Assembly: GCA_030390025.1 (NCBI GenBank)
Contig: JASTWF010000036.1
Coordinates: 3,226,001-3,290,000 of the forward strand
DNA: 64,000 nt
Source of the DNA: Squalus acanthias
Lineage: Eukaryota
Reading direction: 5' to 3'
Below are positions 24,989 through 39,636 of the stretch, in pieces. Each line of letters begins with the position of its first letter. Position 1 is the first letter of the stretch. The position numbers were made by a program, and so were the translations under genes. The notes under the pieces are model-generated. The model saw only the letters and a program-made list of their open reading frames with translations. It was not told the origin of the DNA and made no database searches.

Positions 24989-27900
24989 GTCTGGTAGGAG
25001 GGGCCTGGACTGAAGTCAGGAACTGGGCGATAAAGTTGCCACTTTACTCTCTCAGCGCTGGGGGCGGGGAGCAGAGCAACAGTTGACAGCAGTGAACTGG
25101 AGCGGATCCATGTCTGTGATGAGATTGTGGCCTGGAACCTGGGATTTGTGAATAAGAAGACCTCCTGGCTTTTAGCCCTAGACAGGGACATAAGTATGTA
25201 CAAGAAACCTGAGTATATACAATAGGATCCAGTAACAACAACAGGCGTTCTTAAAGACATGCCTGTACAGCATGCTTTCACCACACCAGTGCTAAGGACT
25301 TTTCCATAAGGTCTATGCGTAAAAACTAGAGTACCATCTGCTCGCTCTGTAACTAATTTAAAAATCAGGCACGGTAAATGGTCTAATAATGCACACCACT
25401 AGAATCAATCATAGAATCATAGAATAGTACAGCACAGAAGGAGGCCATTCGGCCCATCGAGTCTGCGCCAGCTCTTTCGAAAAAATTTGGGTGTGCGTCT
25501 CAAGGTGATGGATGTTTTGTGCTGGGGAAGTATGTCCTTTCCATTTGAGACACTCAACAGCAGCATCAATCCGCTCAGATCTGGTGTAGCGCAGGTAGTC
25601 GCAGAGTCACGCTGCCTCTGCTTTCTGCATTTAACAAGTTGCATTCTCCGAATTCACACGTTTCAAAGCTGTGCATTCGCACAATTTCATTTGGGACTCT
25701 TTAACTATGGAGAAAAAGAGGCAATCTCCTGGTGGGGCGGGCGGGGGGGGGGAGGGTTGTTGAAAACGGCGTTTGTACCTTGTGCCTTAACAGCATCCCC
25801 TATTTCCATCCGCCCAACCCCTCCGGCAGCCACCTTTGTGGCATCTCAGAATGCGATTGCCAATTTGGCGCCGAATTAGGGGCAGTTTTGTGCTCTAGGC
25901 TCACATCCACCAGAAACTGGGTTCAGACTGCCCAAACCCATTGAACACAGGACCCTTAAAGCCAGCGCACTGAGGGGAACTTCCACCCCATCAGTTTGGA
26001 CTGGATTCCAACCCAAGTCCCATGGGGGAAAGGATAGTGTCTAACCCACCCCTGGCACCAGTTCCCTCAGTCAATCACATTTCCAAGTCATCAATGATAT
26101 TTTCTGTCTGTTCACTGTTACGCCTCAAGAGCTAGACATTGGTCCATGACCTGCAGAATACTAAGTGTGGGCTTTATACCTTCCTTTAACCAAGGAACGC
26201 AGTGTTTAAAAGGTGGTCTGGTAATGCTGGTGTCCCAACGTGCCATGCCACGAACATGTGTGCCAACATTTCTCAAGCTCTTGATGCACCCTGAGGGTCA
26301 ACGTGTGACTAAAGAGCTGTGATTCCCCCATCGGAAAATAAATGGAAGCATAATCAAACTAGGCCTCTGTGACACAACCCCCAGTGGCAGGGCTCAAGGG
26401 TAGGTGAAGGTCCAATTCAGTTGGGCAGCTTCGGAAGGACAAAGACCATGTATCATAGGTGGCACAGCAGTCAGCGATGATGTGCACCAATGACTGGAGG
26501 CAACAGAGGGAAATTCACATGAAGCACGTCACAATTTACAGGAGATGTGGTTATTGCAGAGAAGTGGAAGGGCTGGAGCCAACAGCAAGAACGGCTTAAA
26601 CATTTCACCATCCCCGCCTGGTGCCTGCACGCAATATTTTCTTTGACTGAACGGGGAATACGTGGCACAGCAGCAATGTCTGATTTTACACTTGGGAACG
26701 AGTCACGTGAAAGAAAAAACACTTCAAGCAATTGTGGATGTGAAATGACCATAAATACAATCATGAAACACCTTAAATTCTCAGCGTTTATAACTGGTTA
26801 TGTGTAAAGATGTGTGCAAAGCAAAATGACAGTTAACAAACTGCCCGTTAATTGATTTTTTTGAAATGAGGAATGAACGGTAAGCGATATCCTTTGTTCA
26901 GTTTAGACGGGTTATACCAAAGCGAAATATCCACTTTTCTGAGAGAGGGATTTAACATAAAATCTCCATTCTTTTCAATTGCATACAAATCCAAGAAAGA
27001 TTTTTAAAAGTATGGATGACGCAGATCCAACTTCTGTCCCCTCCCCCGTCCTCGTGGTTTAGCCGATGCTGAAGCCCTTGAAAGCAGTTTGATCCTCCTT
27101 CTCTCCAGTACTTGCTGGGCAAATGCACAAGCCCGGATGGTCCTGAGCCATACAGACTAGGAAGATCCCAGGTTTAAATCCCCCGTCTACGCCGTGCAAG
27201 CCAATCTCAGCCAGGCTGGCAATTGGAGTGCTGCAATTGGCCTCAGCACCCCAGCCTAGGGTAGGAGGGGGAAAAACTGGTCCGGGTTTCCACTCCTGAT
27301 CACCCATGTATGAACCTGGCATGGGGACAGGATCATGGTGGAATAGCCTTCCAACACTTGCAACCACTTGAGTGATACCAGAGGGCTGATTGTGCCTATG
27401 AAACTGCATCTTAGGAAGAGTCAGTGCTTTTGGGAGGGGGGGTGGTGTAACAGAATTTGAATTAATCATTGCCTTTTAAAATAGCCATTAAAGGACAAGG
27501 GTCATAACTGTTCAATATTAAGCACTTGTTCCTCAGTGCGTCCCAGGTATTTCGGTGCACTGGACCACAGAGTGAGAGACCCAGCCTCGCCTGTTGTTTG
27601 TTCCCCTACCCCACCACCTCCTCCTCCTCCTCTTTGGCCTTTCTCCAGACAGCAAAGTGCCAGTTGCAGGGGAAGAATGACGCTCGGTCCACGCAGAGGG
27701 GGAGATGTCTGGTCAGGTTGGCGTGAAAATCAGCAGGAGCGTCCCCACAGGAAGCACTTCAACAACCTCCCACAACACCATTAGTGAAGGCCTTGGAGGC
27801 ACTTGAGCTAAGGTAATGCGTGTCAGGAGTCCGGGAAATGGACAAAATCCACTCGCCGCCCCCCCTCAATTTTCTCCCCTTCCTTCCTTAAGGTGCTGAC

Positions 27901-28569
27901 TTATATTAGGGTCCAGTTTCATACATGGCAGATGCCCTCTGGTGCCTCACTCAAGTAGCCACTCTCTATATCTGAGGCTAGATAGTGCATGCTGGCCATC
28001 ACCAAGGAGTGACATTCCAGCTGATCCTCGATCAGGAGTAGCCAGAGGCTGATTTCTTCCCCTCTACCTGGCCCAGGAATGCTGAAGTCAATTGGAGCTC
28101 TTTTATCATCACCCTAGCAAGGTCTGCTCACTCAGGACTGACCAGGGATTGGATCTGGGACCTTTCTGGTCTACACAGCTTAGAACAAGAAGTTTAGAAG
28201 GACTTCAAAGTCCACTCTTTCCCGAACCTGTCTGGCTGAGTCCTGAAGGAAACGCCAGCACAGGCTTCGTGATTGGACTGCACAGAGGTGCAAGAAGACT
28301 AACGTCTGAAGAGGAGGACCTCTGACAGTGAATAGTCAGTTGGGGTGGGCGGGGGGAGGGGAGTAATTCCCAATTTGGTTAATGGGGACAAGCAAGCCTA
28401 CACTCAAACCAATAGGAAATGCAGTATGGAGGCGTTCTGCAGGGTCCAAAATATGTTGTTTCATAAATGTTCAGAAATTTGAACTCAACTCGGGAAAACC
28501 AAACCTGTTTGGTGCAGAACGGCAACCACCCAGGAGTAAATAAGTGGCTCCCAGTTTGTTGAAGGGAAA

Positions 28570-29014
28570 TAAAGAAACTTGCATTTCATACAGCACTCTT
28601 CACATCTTCAGGATACCCCAAAGTGCTTTACAACCAATGAGTTACTTTGGAAATGTAGTCACTGTTGTTTTGTAGGCAATGTGTGCACAGCAAGATCTCA
28701 CACACAGCGATTGAAATAACTGAACAGTTTATCAGTTTTGGTTGAGGGAGTAATGATTACCAAGATACCAGGGAGCATTTCCCCTGATCTTCTTCAAATA
28801 CTGGCGTGGAATCTTTTACGTCCCCCCTGAACAGGCAAACAGGGGCCTCGGTTTGACGTCTCATGCAAAAGACAGCACCTTTGACAACACAGCGCTCTCT
28901 CAGTGTTGTACCCAAGCATCAGCAGAGATTGTGTGCTCAAGTCCTGGACTGGGGCTTGAGCCCACAACCTTCTGACTCGAAGGCAAGAGCACCAGCAACT
29001 GAGCCAAGCTGACA
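28570..29014 (-). mobile_element. Diverged DeuSINE copy
   Basis: Colinear with 20889-21356. Confidence 0.75.
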
Positions 29015-31413
29015 CCCGAGAGCCTGTGTGCGGTGACTAGGCAAGAAGTTACGTCTCCTATAGCCACCCATACTGAGGTTTACACGGAACTCATTTGCTA
29101 CAGCTCAGTTTGGTTTAGTTTTCCTACATAAAAGCAAATGTCCTCAACAATGTATACTGTGGACCCTGCGGGCACTCTCACTGCATTTTGTACCAGTTTG
29201 GTTCAGTTTGGAGGTAGGTTCACTCAAGGTGAGTGCAGGCTACAGAGAAAGAAACGTACACCATGTTAGAAATACACAACACGCTTAAGAAAACGGCTGA
29301 CTGTTCACATAACAGATGCACAAAGTTCAAAAACTCACTTTAGATAAAAAAAAGAATTGTTATATCAAAGCCTAATATATATGGCCGCAGCTGTACGGAA
29401 GTCAAAACTCAAGGCCCACCTCTCCAGAAAGGTGGATAGATTATTTATTAGTGTCAGTTAAATTAAATATCTTGCATCGTTCCAAAAATATATATTTTTT
29501 TCCAAAACTGTGCATTAGTTGAATACAACAATGTAAAAATGGCAGCTTGAGCAAATTCAACGACACAAATAAGCCTTTCATTTGGAGGATTTCATTGACC
29601 CTGTACCCCCGAATCTCTCAGAGCGCCCCTACTCGGCAGGATGCCAAAAAGGGAGTGGTGAGGGAAACACTGGATTCACAAGGGCACAATCTCAGTAGAT
29701 ATAGCAGCCATTTTATTTTAAAATGGCAGATTGCTCCCAATAGCTCAACGTTTCCGCATAACAGAATATTGACAAGATTTTTCTTAATTAACCTTGCTTT
29801 CACAGATCAAATATCTGGTGAACTTTGGCATGAACATTTTGGTGCCAATAAAGTTGAATTGTCCATTTTGCTGGATCGTTGTATGGAAGTCTACTACCAA
29901 GTCAAAATACACTGAACATGGGTTGCCTCCTGTCTGATTTCTGTAGCCTCCCTACCTTATTTATTTGACTTTAACTTATATTATATTCATGGAGACCAGC
30001 AGGGGGGTGCGTGCGGCGGGGGCGGTGGAGTTGGTCATGAGTTCCTGATCTCGGCCACGATGATACAGGAAGGTGCCAAGCAAAGGCCAGGTGCTTTCCC
30101 CACAAGGAGCAAGGAAAGGAAAAGAAAATTGGACCACAGGGCATCCTCACACATCTCCTAGCGGCTGGATACACAGAGCATTGGCAAAGGTAGGGGACCA
30201 GGCACCTGCACACACCCGAGTTGGAGACATGTGGGAGGAGGGGAGCAAGTAAACAAACACCTCATAATACAATGAAAAATAAATTACATCCAATTGTAAT
30301 CATTAAATTAATGACAATTTTGCTTTACGATTAATACAGGCCAGTTTCGGCAGTCCCTTGCAGAACAAACCCACAGATAGGGGACCTGAATGTGTTTCTT
30401 TTTGAGCTACCATAAAATACAAGTTAACCTTAAGGGTCATTAAATGGGGCCTAAAAGAGGCTTTCAGAAACAAATTATCTCTACAACGTGGTCCAACAAC
30501 AACAACGTGCATTTATCTAGCGCCTTTAACGTAGTAAAACGTCCCAAGGTGCTTCACAGGAGCGATTATCAAACAAAATTTGACCCCGAGCCACATGAGG
30601 AGATATTAGGACAGGTGACCAAAAGCTTGGTCAAAGAGGTAGGTTTTAAGGAGCATCTTAAAGGAGGAGAGAGGTAGCGTGGCGGAGAGGTTTAGGGAGG
30701 GAATTCCAGAGCTTAAGGCCCAGGCAGCTGAAGGCACGGCCACCAATGGTGGAGCGATTAAAATCGGGGATGGTCAAGAGGCCAGAATTGGGGGAGCGAA
30801 GAGCTCTCGGAGGGTTGTGGGGCTGGAGGAGGTTACAGAGAAAGGGAGGGGCGAGGCCATGGATGGATTTGAAAACAAGAGTGAGAATTTTTAAATTGAG
30901 GCGTTGCCGGACCGGGATTCAATGTCCAGAGGCGACTCGTCAGGTAAGGCACTGCCTCACCTAGACTTCCAGTGTGGAACTTGTAGTTGTATCCTGGACT
31001 GGTTGACAGTTCCGCCTTTTGAAAGTCAGGAAGCACCCAGTGCAGTCGATTGTGTTTTTTTTTGTCTTTTTGCCATTTCATCACAAAACTACCTGAAAAT
31101 GGCAGGCGGATTACCAGCTTGTGTCCTGGATTGTAACACAGGCACATGCACAAAGGGCCCGTTGCCATGGGAACCAGCTGACTTGGTTAGGCATGCAAAG
31201 CGTATACCTCACCTGCCCGAAAGGTCAACAGCCGCCACCGATGTGGCCTGTTCATTACCCATCATTCACAGGACTTGCGTAACACTGATAATCAATGTAC
31301 CTGCTCTCAGCAGGTCTGTCACAGTATCTGTGGCAGTGTTCAAGAGTTCAAAAAAATATTTGAGGCATCAGCCAGATAACTGGCACACTCTTGATGTTTT
31401 GCAAAGAACCATC

Positions 31414-31737
31414 ATGTCTGGCAGAGGTAAAGGAGACCAAGGACCGGGCAAAGGCAGAGCGAAGCGCCACCACTTGGTGATACCATCCAGGGCATCACCA
31501 AACCAGTCACCCGCTACCCTGCACGCCATGGGGGTGTCAACCGGCTCTCAGATCTGATGAACAAGGAGACCCATGGGGGGAGTGGTTGGGGGCGGGGGGG
31601 TGGCGCTGTATGTTTTCCTGTGGAACGTGATCAGGGACACGGTCACCTACACTAAGCATGCCAAGTGCAAGACGGTCACTGCCATGGAAGTGGTGTATGC
31701 TCTGGAACGCCAGGGCCGCACTCTTTTATATGGATTT
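31414..31737 (+). pseudogene. Histone H4 pseudogene
   Basis: [77 protein letters not shown], with a deletion, frameshifts and a G-rich insertion. No intact histone stem-loop downstream. Confidence 0.93.
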
Positions 31738-31861
31738 ATCCCATAACTATTTCCTAACCCTGTTTAAAAGAGCACGATCTTTATGAAGTTGTGTTGGGCA
31801 AACATATTTTCACTTTTAATGGGAGAGGAGCTTTGTGATGTACAGGATTTTTAAAATTTAT

Positions 31862-32773
31862 TTTTTATTCGTTTATGGGATCAGGGCGTCGCTGGCAAGC
31901 CAGCATTTATTGCCCATCCCTAGTTGCCCTTGAGTAGGTGGTGGTGAGCCACCTTCTTGAACTGCTGCAGTCCCGTGGGGTGAAGGTACTCCCACAGTGC
32001 TGTTAGGTAGGGAGTTCCAGGATTTTGACCCAGCGACGATGAAGGATCGGCGATATACTTCTAAGTCAGGATGGTGTGTGACTTGGAGGGGAACTTGGAG
32101 GTGGTGGTGTTCCCATGCGCCTGCTGCCCTTGTCCTTCTAGGTGGAAGAGGTCGTGGGTTTGGGAGGTGCTGTCGAAGAAGCCTTGGCGAGTTGCTGCAG
32201 TGCATCTTGTAGATGGTGCACACTGCAGCCACGGTACGCCGGTGGTGGAGGGAGTGAATGTTTAAGGTGGTGGATGGGGTGCCAATCAAGCGGGCTGCTT
32301 TATCCTGGATGGTGTCGAGCTTCTTGAGTGTTGTTGGAGCTGCACTCATCCAGGCAAGTGGAGAGTATTCCATCACACTCCTTACTTGTGCCTTGTAGAT
32401 GGTGGAAAGGTTTTGGGGAGTCAGGAGGTGAGACACTCGCCGCAGAATACCTAACCTCTGACCTGCTCTTGTTGCCACAGTATTTATGTGGCTGGTCCAG
32501 TTAAGTTTCTGGTTAATGGTGACCCCCAGGATGTTGATAGTGGGGGATTCGGCGATGGTAATGCCATTGAATGTCAAGGGGAGGTGGTTAGACTCTCGCT
32601 TGTTGGAGATAGTCATTGCCTGGCACTTATGTGGCGCGAATGTTACCTGCCACTTATCAGCCCAAGCCTGAACATCGTCCAGGTCTTGTTGCATGCGGGC
32701 ATGGACTGCTTCATTATCTGTGGAGTTGCGAATGGCACTGAACACTATGCAGTCATCAGCGAACATCCCCATT
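31862..32773 (-). mobile_element. CR1-Zenon-like LINE 3' fragment (RT C-terminus)
   Basis: MFADD..WADKWQVTFAPHKCQ..STIYKAQVRSVMEYSPLAW..LDTIQDKAARLI..WNSLP. Clade name from recalled similarity. Confidence 0.85.
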
Positions 32774-34039
32774 TCATACATGACATACATACCCCACGAC
32801 TGGAACTGAAATAGCTAAGGATGAAGTTGAAAGAGATGTCGGGGTTTTAGTAGACTTGACGCTCAACATGTCCAATCATTGCAAAGCAACAACCAACAAA
32901 GCCAATAGAATGTGAGCTATATCACCAAAACTGTGAATTCCAAGTCAGAAGGAGTCATGCTCAACCTCAAACTGCTGAGACCCCACCTGGAGTACTGGGC
33001 CTAGTTTTGGTCACTAAGTCACAAATGGGACATTCTTGCCCTGGAGATAGTGCTGAGAATTGCCAGGAGGCTGATCCCTAGTGTTGGGTCAGAAAAGCGA
33101 GTGGTAGCGGGATGGCCCAGCCAATTTTAACGACCGGGCCTCATTAACCTCATTGGCCCAAACAGGAGAAAAGTCGGCAGTAGGGAGCTCAGAAGCCACC
33201 CACCGCGCCCAAGGTAAATGCGCGGATGGGGGTTCTCCTCCTGGCCCCACAAAGGAAAGTTTCAAACCTAACTGAAAAGACCTCGTCCATCCTCTCAGTC
33301 TTTCTCCTGCAAGCGACAAGCCTTTTAAACTCAATCTTTGTGATCAACTCACAACTTTCATTTCCAATTATCTCAACTGCTCTCCTGCACGTTTCAATCT
33401 TGGAGGTCTCCTTTACAATGGCCCAACACTTCGGTTTATCGGGAGGAGGAAAAAAACGTTCCCTCATGTTTGCGAGCCAGCAGGAAAAGAAAAGGTTAGC
33501 CAAAGACTTTTTCCATGAAGATAGTGGCCCTTTAAATGAATGTCCCCTAATCGGCAGTTGTATACACTGGGCATGACACACTCCCAGCATGTGCTGCACC
33601 TATACGTGTTCCCAATGTTTGTTAGTCACGAGTTGGTTATAAGCTGTAAATGCTAGAAATGTATCAGAAAGCAGCACTGGGAATCCTGTATCCTGTTTGT
33701 AGCATGTGTAAATTTGGAACTGTTGGTAACATTTTAATCTAAAAATGTCAAACCCAGCAGAAAGTTCCCCTTCTATTGGATGTATATGAGAGGCACTTAC
33801 TCAGCACCGGCAACTTTCTGACCTGCACAGGCAAAATTTAAAGATCTGTAGAAGGTCGAGAATGTCTGACTGAGAACTCGCGGCAGTAGAAAAAACAGGA
33901 AATTAGCTGGTTCGACATTTAACCCGTAGACTGCTGGCAGCTCCAGGACACTCTGTGATTCCTCGGCTGACAAATTTATTCAAAGATTTCAGCTCACACG
34001 CAAAATCAGAAAAATTCCCCAATATTACAACAACACCTA

Positions 34040-34796
34040 GAAGCATAAGAACAGGAAGAGGCCATTCAGGCCCTTGATCCTGTTCTGCCATTCAATTAGA
34101 TTGTGGCTGATCTGTACCTTGACTCCATTTACCTGCCTTAGCTCTATATACCCGTGATACCCTTATCTAACAAAAGTCTATCCATCTCAGTCTTGAAAGC
34201 TCCAATTGACCCCCAGCATCCACAGCCTTTGAGGAGAGAGAAGTCTAAGCTTCTACTATCCTTTGTGTGAAAAAGTGATTCCCGATTTTTTTTTAATTCA
34301 TTCATGGGATGTGGGCGTCGCTGGCAAAGCCAGCATTTATTACCCATCCCTAGTTGTCCTCGAGAAGGTGGTGGTGAGCCGCCTTCTTGAACCGCTGCAG
34401 TCCGTGTGGTGAAGGTACTCCCATAGTACTGTTAGGGAGGGAGTTCCAGGATTTTGACCCAGCGACGATGAAGGATCGGCGATATATTTCTAAGTCAGGA
34501 TGGTGTGTGACTTGGAGCGGAACTTGGAGGTGGTGGTGTTCCCATGCGCCTGCTGCCCTTGTCCTGGGCAGTAGGCACATGGGAACGCTCCTGAATATCC
34601 CGGTTCTAATTTTAAGATTATGTCCCCTCATTCTTGATTCCCCCACGAGAAGAAATAGTTTCTCCGTATCTACCCTATCGAATCCTTTTGACATTTTAAC
34701 CACCTCGATCAGATCGCCCCTCAATCTTCTATACTTGAGGGAATACAAGCAAAGTTTATGCAACCTGTCCTCATAATTTAACCCTCTAGGCCCCAT
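34040..34796 (-). mobile_element. CR1 3' fragment with a nested CR1-Zenon-like fragment (34286-34565)
   Basis: YEDRLHKL..RRLRGDLIEV..RGHNLKI, interrupted by the Zenon-like tail. Confidence 0.8.
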
Positions 34797-34946
34797 TACT
34801 AAAATGTACACTTCTAAAAAACTTTACTTCTGCTCAGCCTCTTGTTTCTTTTCTATACCTTCTTCAGTCACTGTTTTCGTTATTTTTAACTTTGTTTTTG
34901 CTTATCTATGTTTAGAATTTCAACTTTCGGCAGCTGAAATGGCTCA

Positions 34947-36954
34947 GAGGTAAAGTCACCGGCCACGAAATTGGGAGCTTTAGCGCCAGCCATTAAGGCC
35001 GGTTTTGCAGAAAAAATGGCGGCCGCCTCAGCTCCGCCCACTTCCAACGCGGAATGCAGTGGCCGCCATTTTGGGCAGGTCGGTAGCGCTGCTTTTGCCT
35101 GCGCTCACCGCCCATATTTAAATGATGCAGATCGTGACGTCAATCAGCGTGCAACGCCTGAATTGACACACGATCTGTGATTTTCAACGTTGCCGCTCTT
35201 CACACCCAACTTTCAGGTAAGTTTAGATTTTTGCTTTTGGACTTTTTTTTACATTTTATTGGAATAGTGGCTTGGTGCAAGACATTTAAAAAGTTGTTAA
35301 AGTGTGCAGGGAGTGCTGCTGGACGTTTGCAAGGCTTTGGCTCTTAAAGGAAGGCCTCTGAGAAGACCACTTGCTCTCAGTCCTGGGGGATCTAGTTGCA
35401 GTCCCCCTTGGGCTGCAGCAGCACATAGAGCAGAGGCAGCAAAGGGGTCAAGCTGCTCGCAGAGGGAGGAGGAAGCAGAAGAGGAAAAAGCAGAAGGAAG
35501 GAGGCAACCCAGACAGTCCCTTTCTGGCCGGGATATCCGGGATCGAATCATCCGCCTGCGGTATCAGTGACCACAACCCCAATTCCCCTTTCCACATTTA
35601 TCCCACACCTTACCGTCCCTCTGTTACTGACCATCACAGCATCCTCTTGGCCACATTGCTAAAATAAAAGCCACCACAAAGCAAACTTCCCAATCCAACT
35701 TTATCCATATATGCATCCAATATTACATCAAAAAATCAACTCCTCACCCTTGCGCATTCCCTTAGTGAGACTGTCTTGTGTATGCCTTTGCCTATCCTAC
35801 TGATGTCATGCAATGCTACCCCTGTGGCTGCATCATGGCTGGTGGAAGGCTGCTGACTTTCAGTGGGGGACACTGCAGATGGCCTTGCAGGACGACCTTG
35901 AGGAGCTGGTGGCTGGGAGTGTGAAATCGAGTGGAAGGGGAAGAGTGACGGTGTTTCTTCTTCTTCTTCTTCACTCTCCTCTCCCTCTTCTTGGTCAACC
36001 ACTGGCTGGGCAGGCTGGATTTGTTGGGGGTCTGAAATGAGGAAGGCACAAGGGTAGGGTTGTCGTGAGGGGAGTGGGGTAAAGCAAGAGGTGAATGCTT
36101 ACACCATTTGCAGCTTGTAAATCAGAAGAGATTGTGGGATGAAGGGGAAGTGGGATGTGAGAAGGAGGATAACGTATGAGGATACCGGCATCTTGTATTC
36201 TTTCAGCTCCACCGCTGGCCAAGGGCTCAGCCATGCCCTTGCCAAAAATGGCCAGCACCATCGCCTCTAAGGGGGTGAGGTGATGTTAGGAATGTGAGGT
36301 CTGCGTCATGTTTGGTAGAGATTGTTGGTAGGTGAGTGATGGGGGGCAGGGGGGGGCGTGCATTGAGCAGTGTGAGAGGCTCGTGGTGCAGTTGGCAGGA
36401 GACAGCTCTTGAAGATGCATTCACTGACTTTGACCACTCGTTTGAGGTCATGAAACTTCTTTGGACACTGGAGCCAGGTCCTGGGGGCGACACTGCTGGC
36501 AGTGACGGCCTCGGCAATCTTGTCCCACATCCTTCTTTCTGGAGGGCCTCCTAGCCTCTGTGGGTAGAGGACCTCTCTTCCAGTGTTGACCACCTGCGCA
36601 AAGCTCGAGTGTGGCATCCCAGACCCTGGGTGCTCTTTTCCTGGCCTGCTGAGCCATTTGTGTTAGTGCTGAAGCACTTTTAGCATTTTTTATGTGCAGA
36701 AGGCAGTTCAGCTTTAAGAGCTGCAGACTGCCTCGAAGAGGAGCAGGCTAGCTTTAAGTAAAGCTAGCCTCGCTCTAGCGACGTGAACTTCGACCCCTTG
36801 TCAGCAGTGCATTCCTCACTAGGATGTACGATCCTATCATGTTAATTAGCAGGCAGCTCCAAACTGACGTGCTGCCTGCGCTTTCTGAATGGGCCCGGGC
36901 ATATCTCGCATTGCGATGCCCGAACCTGTTTTTTTGCGCTATGGATTTTCACCC
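34947..36954 (-). mobile_element. Internally deleted Harbinger element retaining a Myb/SANT-like gene remnant
   Basis: Minus 36657-36429 MAQQARKRAPRVWDATLE..REVLYP..WDKIAEAVTASSVAPRTWLQCPKKFHDLKRVVK (frameshifted) is an MSANTD/NAIF1-type domain. Short convergent plus-strand transposase-end-like remnants lie at about 35385-35570. Termini weakly defined. Confidence 0.75.
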
Positions 36955-39636
36955 TCACCATCCCTGAGCCATGAGGACCAGGAAAGGCCTCTTGAGGTCA
37001 GCCAGATAACTTTGAGTTGCAAAAAGAAAATTGCCAATGAGATCCCCTCATTATATATTTATGGGCAGCCGACATGAATAGGACCAATTTACTATAAGCT
37101 ATCTTGGATGTAAACGTATCGATGGCTGTAGGTTTGTTCTGCAAGAGTTGGTTAAATGGGAGTTCTGATCCTCTTTTCCAGTACAGAGCATTTTCAACAA
37201 CAGGCTTAGCTCATTGTGTTAATCGGTTTAGTTTGGCAGGACTGAGCCTTTCTGCTATTACGAGCTGTTCTGACCAGTGCAGAGAATACGGTGTAATACC
37301 TCTTGCCATTTAAAATCTTTGATAAATCTCATTGGCAGGAGAGCACTGGTGTGCCAATTTGCTGGACAATGGGGTGGTAGGACACAAGTTCAAGCCTTGA
37401 GTTCCCAATATGGTGAGTTCCCACTCTCAGCCATGCCATTGTAAGGGCTTGTTCATAGGAAGAGGGAAACCAGGGAGAGAAGAAAGTATACGACATTAAT
37501 ATAAAATACACAAGTGCTCAACCCACTCATTTTCCTACATTCAGAAGCCTTGATGGAAGTGCCTTGAAAAAGTGATTCATTTATAAACAATGTGAACAAT
37601 AAAAGTGTATCAGTGATCAGATAAAAATGTTCTGTTGAATGAACTTGGATCTGCTCCAAGTGGGATGTGACAACTTTGCTCCTTCAGGTCCAATGACCTG
37701 AACCTCATCACGAGCTCCCACAAGGACAACCTCTATCATTCCTCCTTGGAAACTTAACTGGATAAAGCCATACTACATAACTCCCCTCAAACTGATGAAG
37801 CAAATAGGATAATTCAACTTTAATCTGATGAAACGTTAGAGAGTACGAGATTCATTTGTTTCTTAAAAGCAGTGGGCTTTTTTTTTTCTCTCCGAGAGAT
37901 TGCCATAGTTACTCGAGTGCGAAGTAGTCTTCAAGATGCTGGTGTTGTGTTAAATATGAAGTCAAAAACACTCACTGTTCATGTGCAGGCGCTAACCTCC
38001 CGATACCCCAACCCATGCGGAACACAAAATGGTCGGCTTTGCTGAAGCTATAAGGGGTGTGAAAGGATGAGCGGGAAAGGATGAAACATGACAGGTGTCA
38101 GGGCCTCCCCAAGATGTCGAAAGGGCAGTGCAATGAAGATCCCCAATGATAAGTCATTAATTGACTGAAGCTGATGATTTTTTTTGCTGTTATGGCAATT
38201 ATTTGCCCATTCAAGCAAGCTGGCAGTGGTTTGGAGAATGGAATATTTTGCTCTTTTATATCTGGCAGCAATGCAAACTGGTAGGAATTAACTGGTCAAA
38301 ATACTGGCATGTGTCGATGGCAATATTAGTCGTGCAATATGGTGATGGAGCTGTATTGGCCAAAGACAGGAGCACCAAACCCAAAAACAATCACTCTGCA
38401 CAGAATAGGAAATGGGATTAATTGGTTTCCTGGAGCTCATGGCCTGGATAAACCAGGGTCCCATTGAGACAAGCTGCTATTGTCCCCCCCCTCTCTGTTT
38501 TTCTCCCTTTCTCTCCTGAAGGGGTCACGTTGGGGTACGGTTCCACAGGTGCTGGCTGCCCTTCGTTACCTCTCCCAAGTGGCCGTTCTTCATGTGTGAG
38601 CCTAGTCAGGGAGTATTAGCAAGCTATCTGACCATGTGGGGCATTCAGTCGCAGTCACTAGACAATGATCAGGAATAGCACCTCTAGCTGATTCCATTTC
38701 CCCTCTCCAGATGGCCGAAGGATCCTGAGGCCAATCACATCATCACCATCACGGCCCTGGCCTCAATGATCAACTAACTCAGCACAAGCAGGGGATCAAA
38801 CCTGGGACCATGCTGTTTGGAATTTCAAGACTGTTTCTGGACTGTGCCCCACAGTTACCCCACACCCCAACAAAGTGGTGTATGCCAAGGAGAGGAATAG
38901 GTCAGTGCAACTGGTTTAAGCATGTGGAAGAAGAGTGGGAACAAAGACTGGGAATGACATGACAAGTGTCCAGGCAACACAAAAAGCCAGCAGAAACATG
39001 CAACAGGCACTAACATGCCAGAGACAGTGAATCACATGAACAAAGTGCAAGGAGATTATGAAAATCCACATGGACAGGGTGTACATTTGTGACTATTTCC
39101 AATGTAGACATGAAAAATTGGTCTCTTGAAATATAATCCTGGATTGTTGAGAAACACACACTAAACTGCCTCAGGATTCTCTTATTTTGTTGTGCGATGA
39201 TCTTTTTAATGCTCTTCAAAGTGGAGATGTTTGGGGAAAAAAGTGGAACATTTTCCACCTTTGCATCACTGCACACCATCAAGTGCTTCCAGATCAGGTA
39301 TAGCTCAGGTCATAGAACAAACCTCTCGCTACTCTGTTCAACAATGTATCTTAACTCCAACATCAAAAGAGGCCCTACTGTACCAATATGGCATTTCTAT
39401 TCCTCAAACCAGCCATCCATGTGAAGATTTTAATCCCATCTGTCTGCACTGGATTCAAACTTAGGTCTGAGGTGAAAGACCAGTGTCTTTACCTACCACA
39501 TCCCTTTCCTACTCCATCCTCAAGAATTGCTTTGTAAACACACACAAATGAAGTGCATTAAAAATATAGCCCATGCATACTTAAGGGGTACAGTAGTGTA
39601 CTGGATATGGTACTGGACTAGCAATCTAGAATTCAT

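Noticed and set aside
30904..31557. 217-aa plus-strand ORF as a gene
   Set aside because: It starts in an L2 fragment and only its end is the decayed H4 N-terminus. There is no coherent domain.
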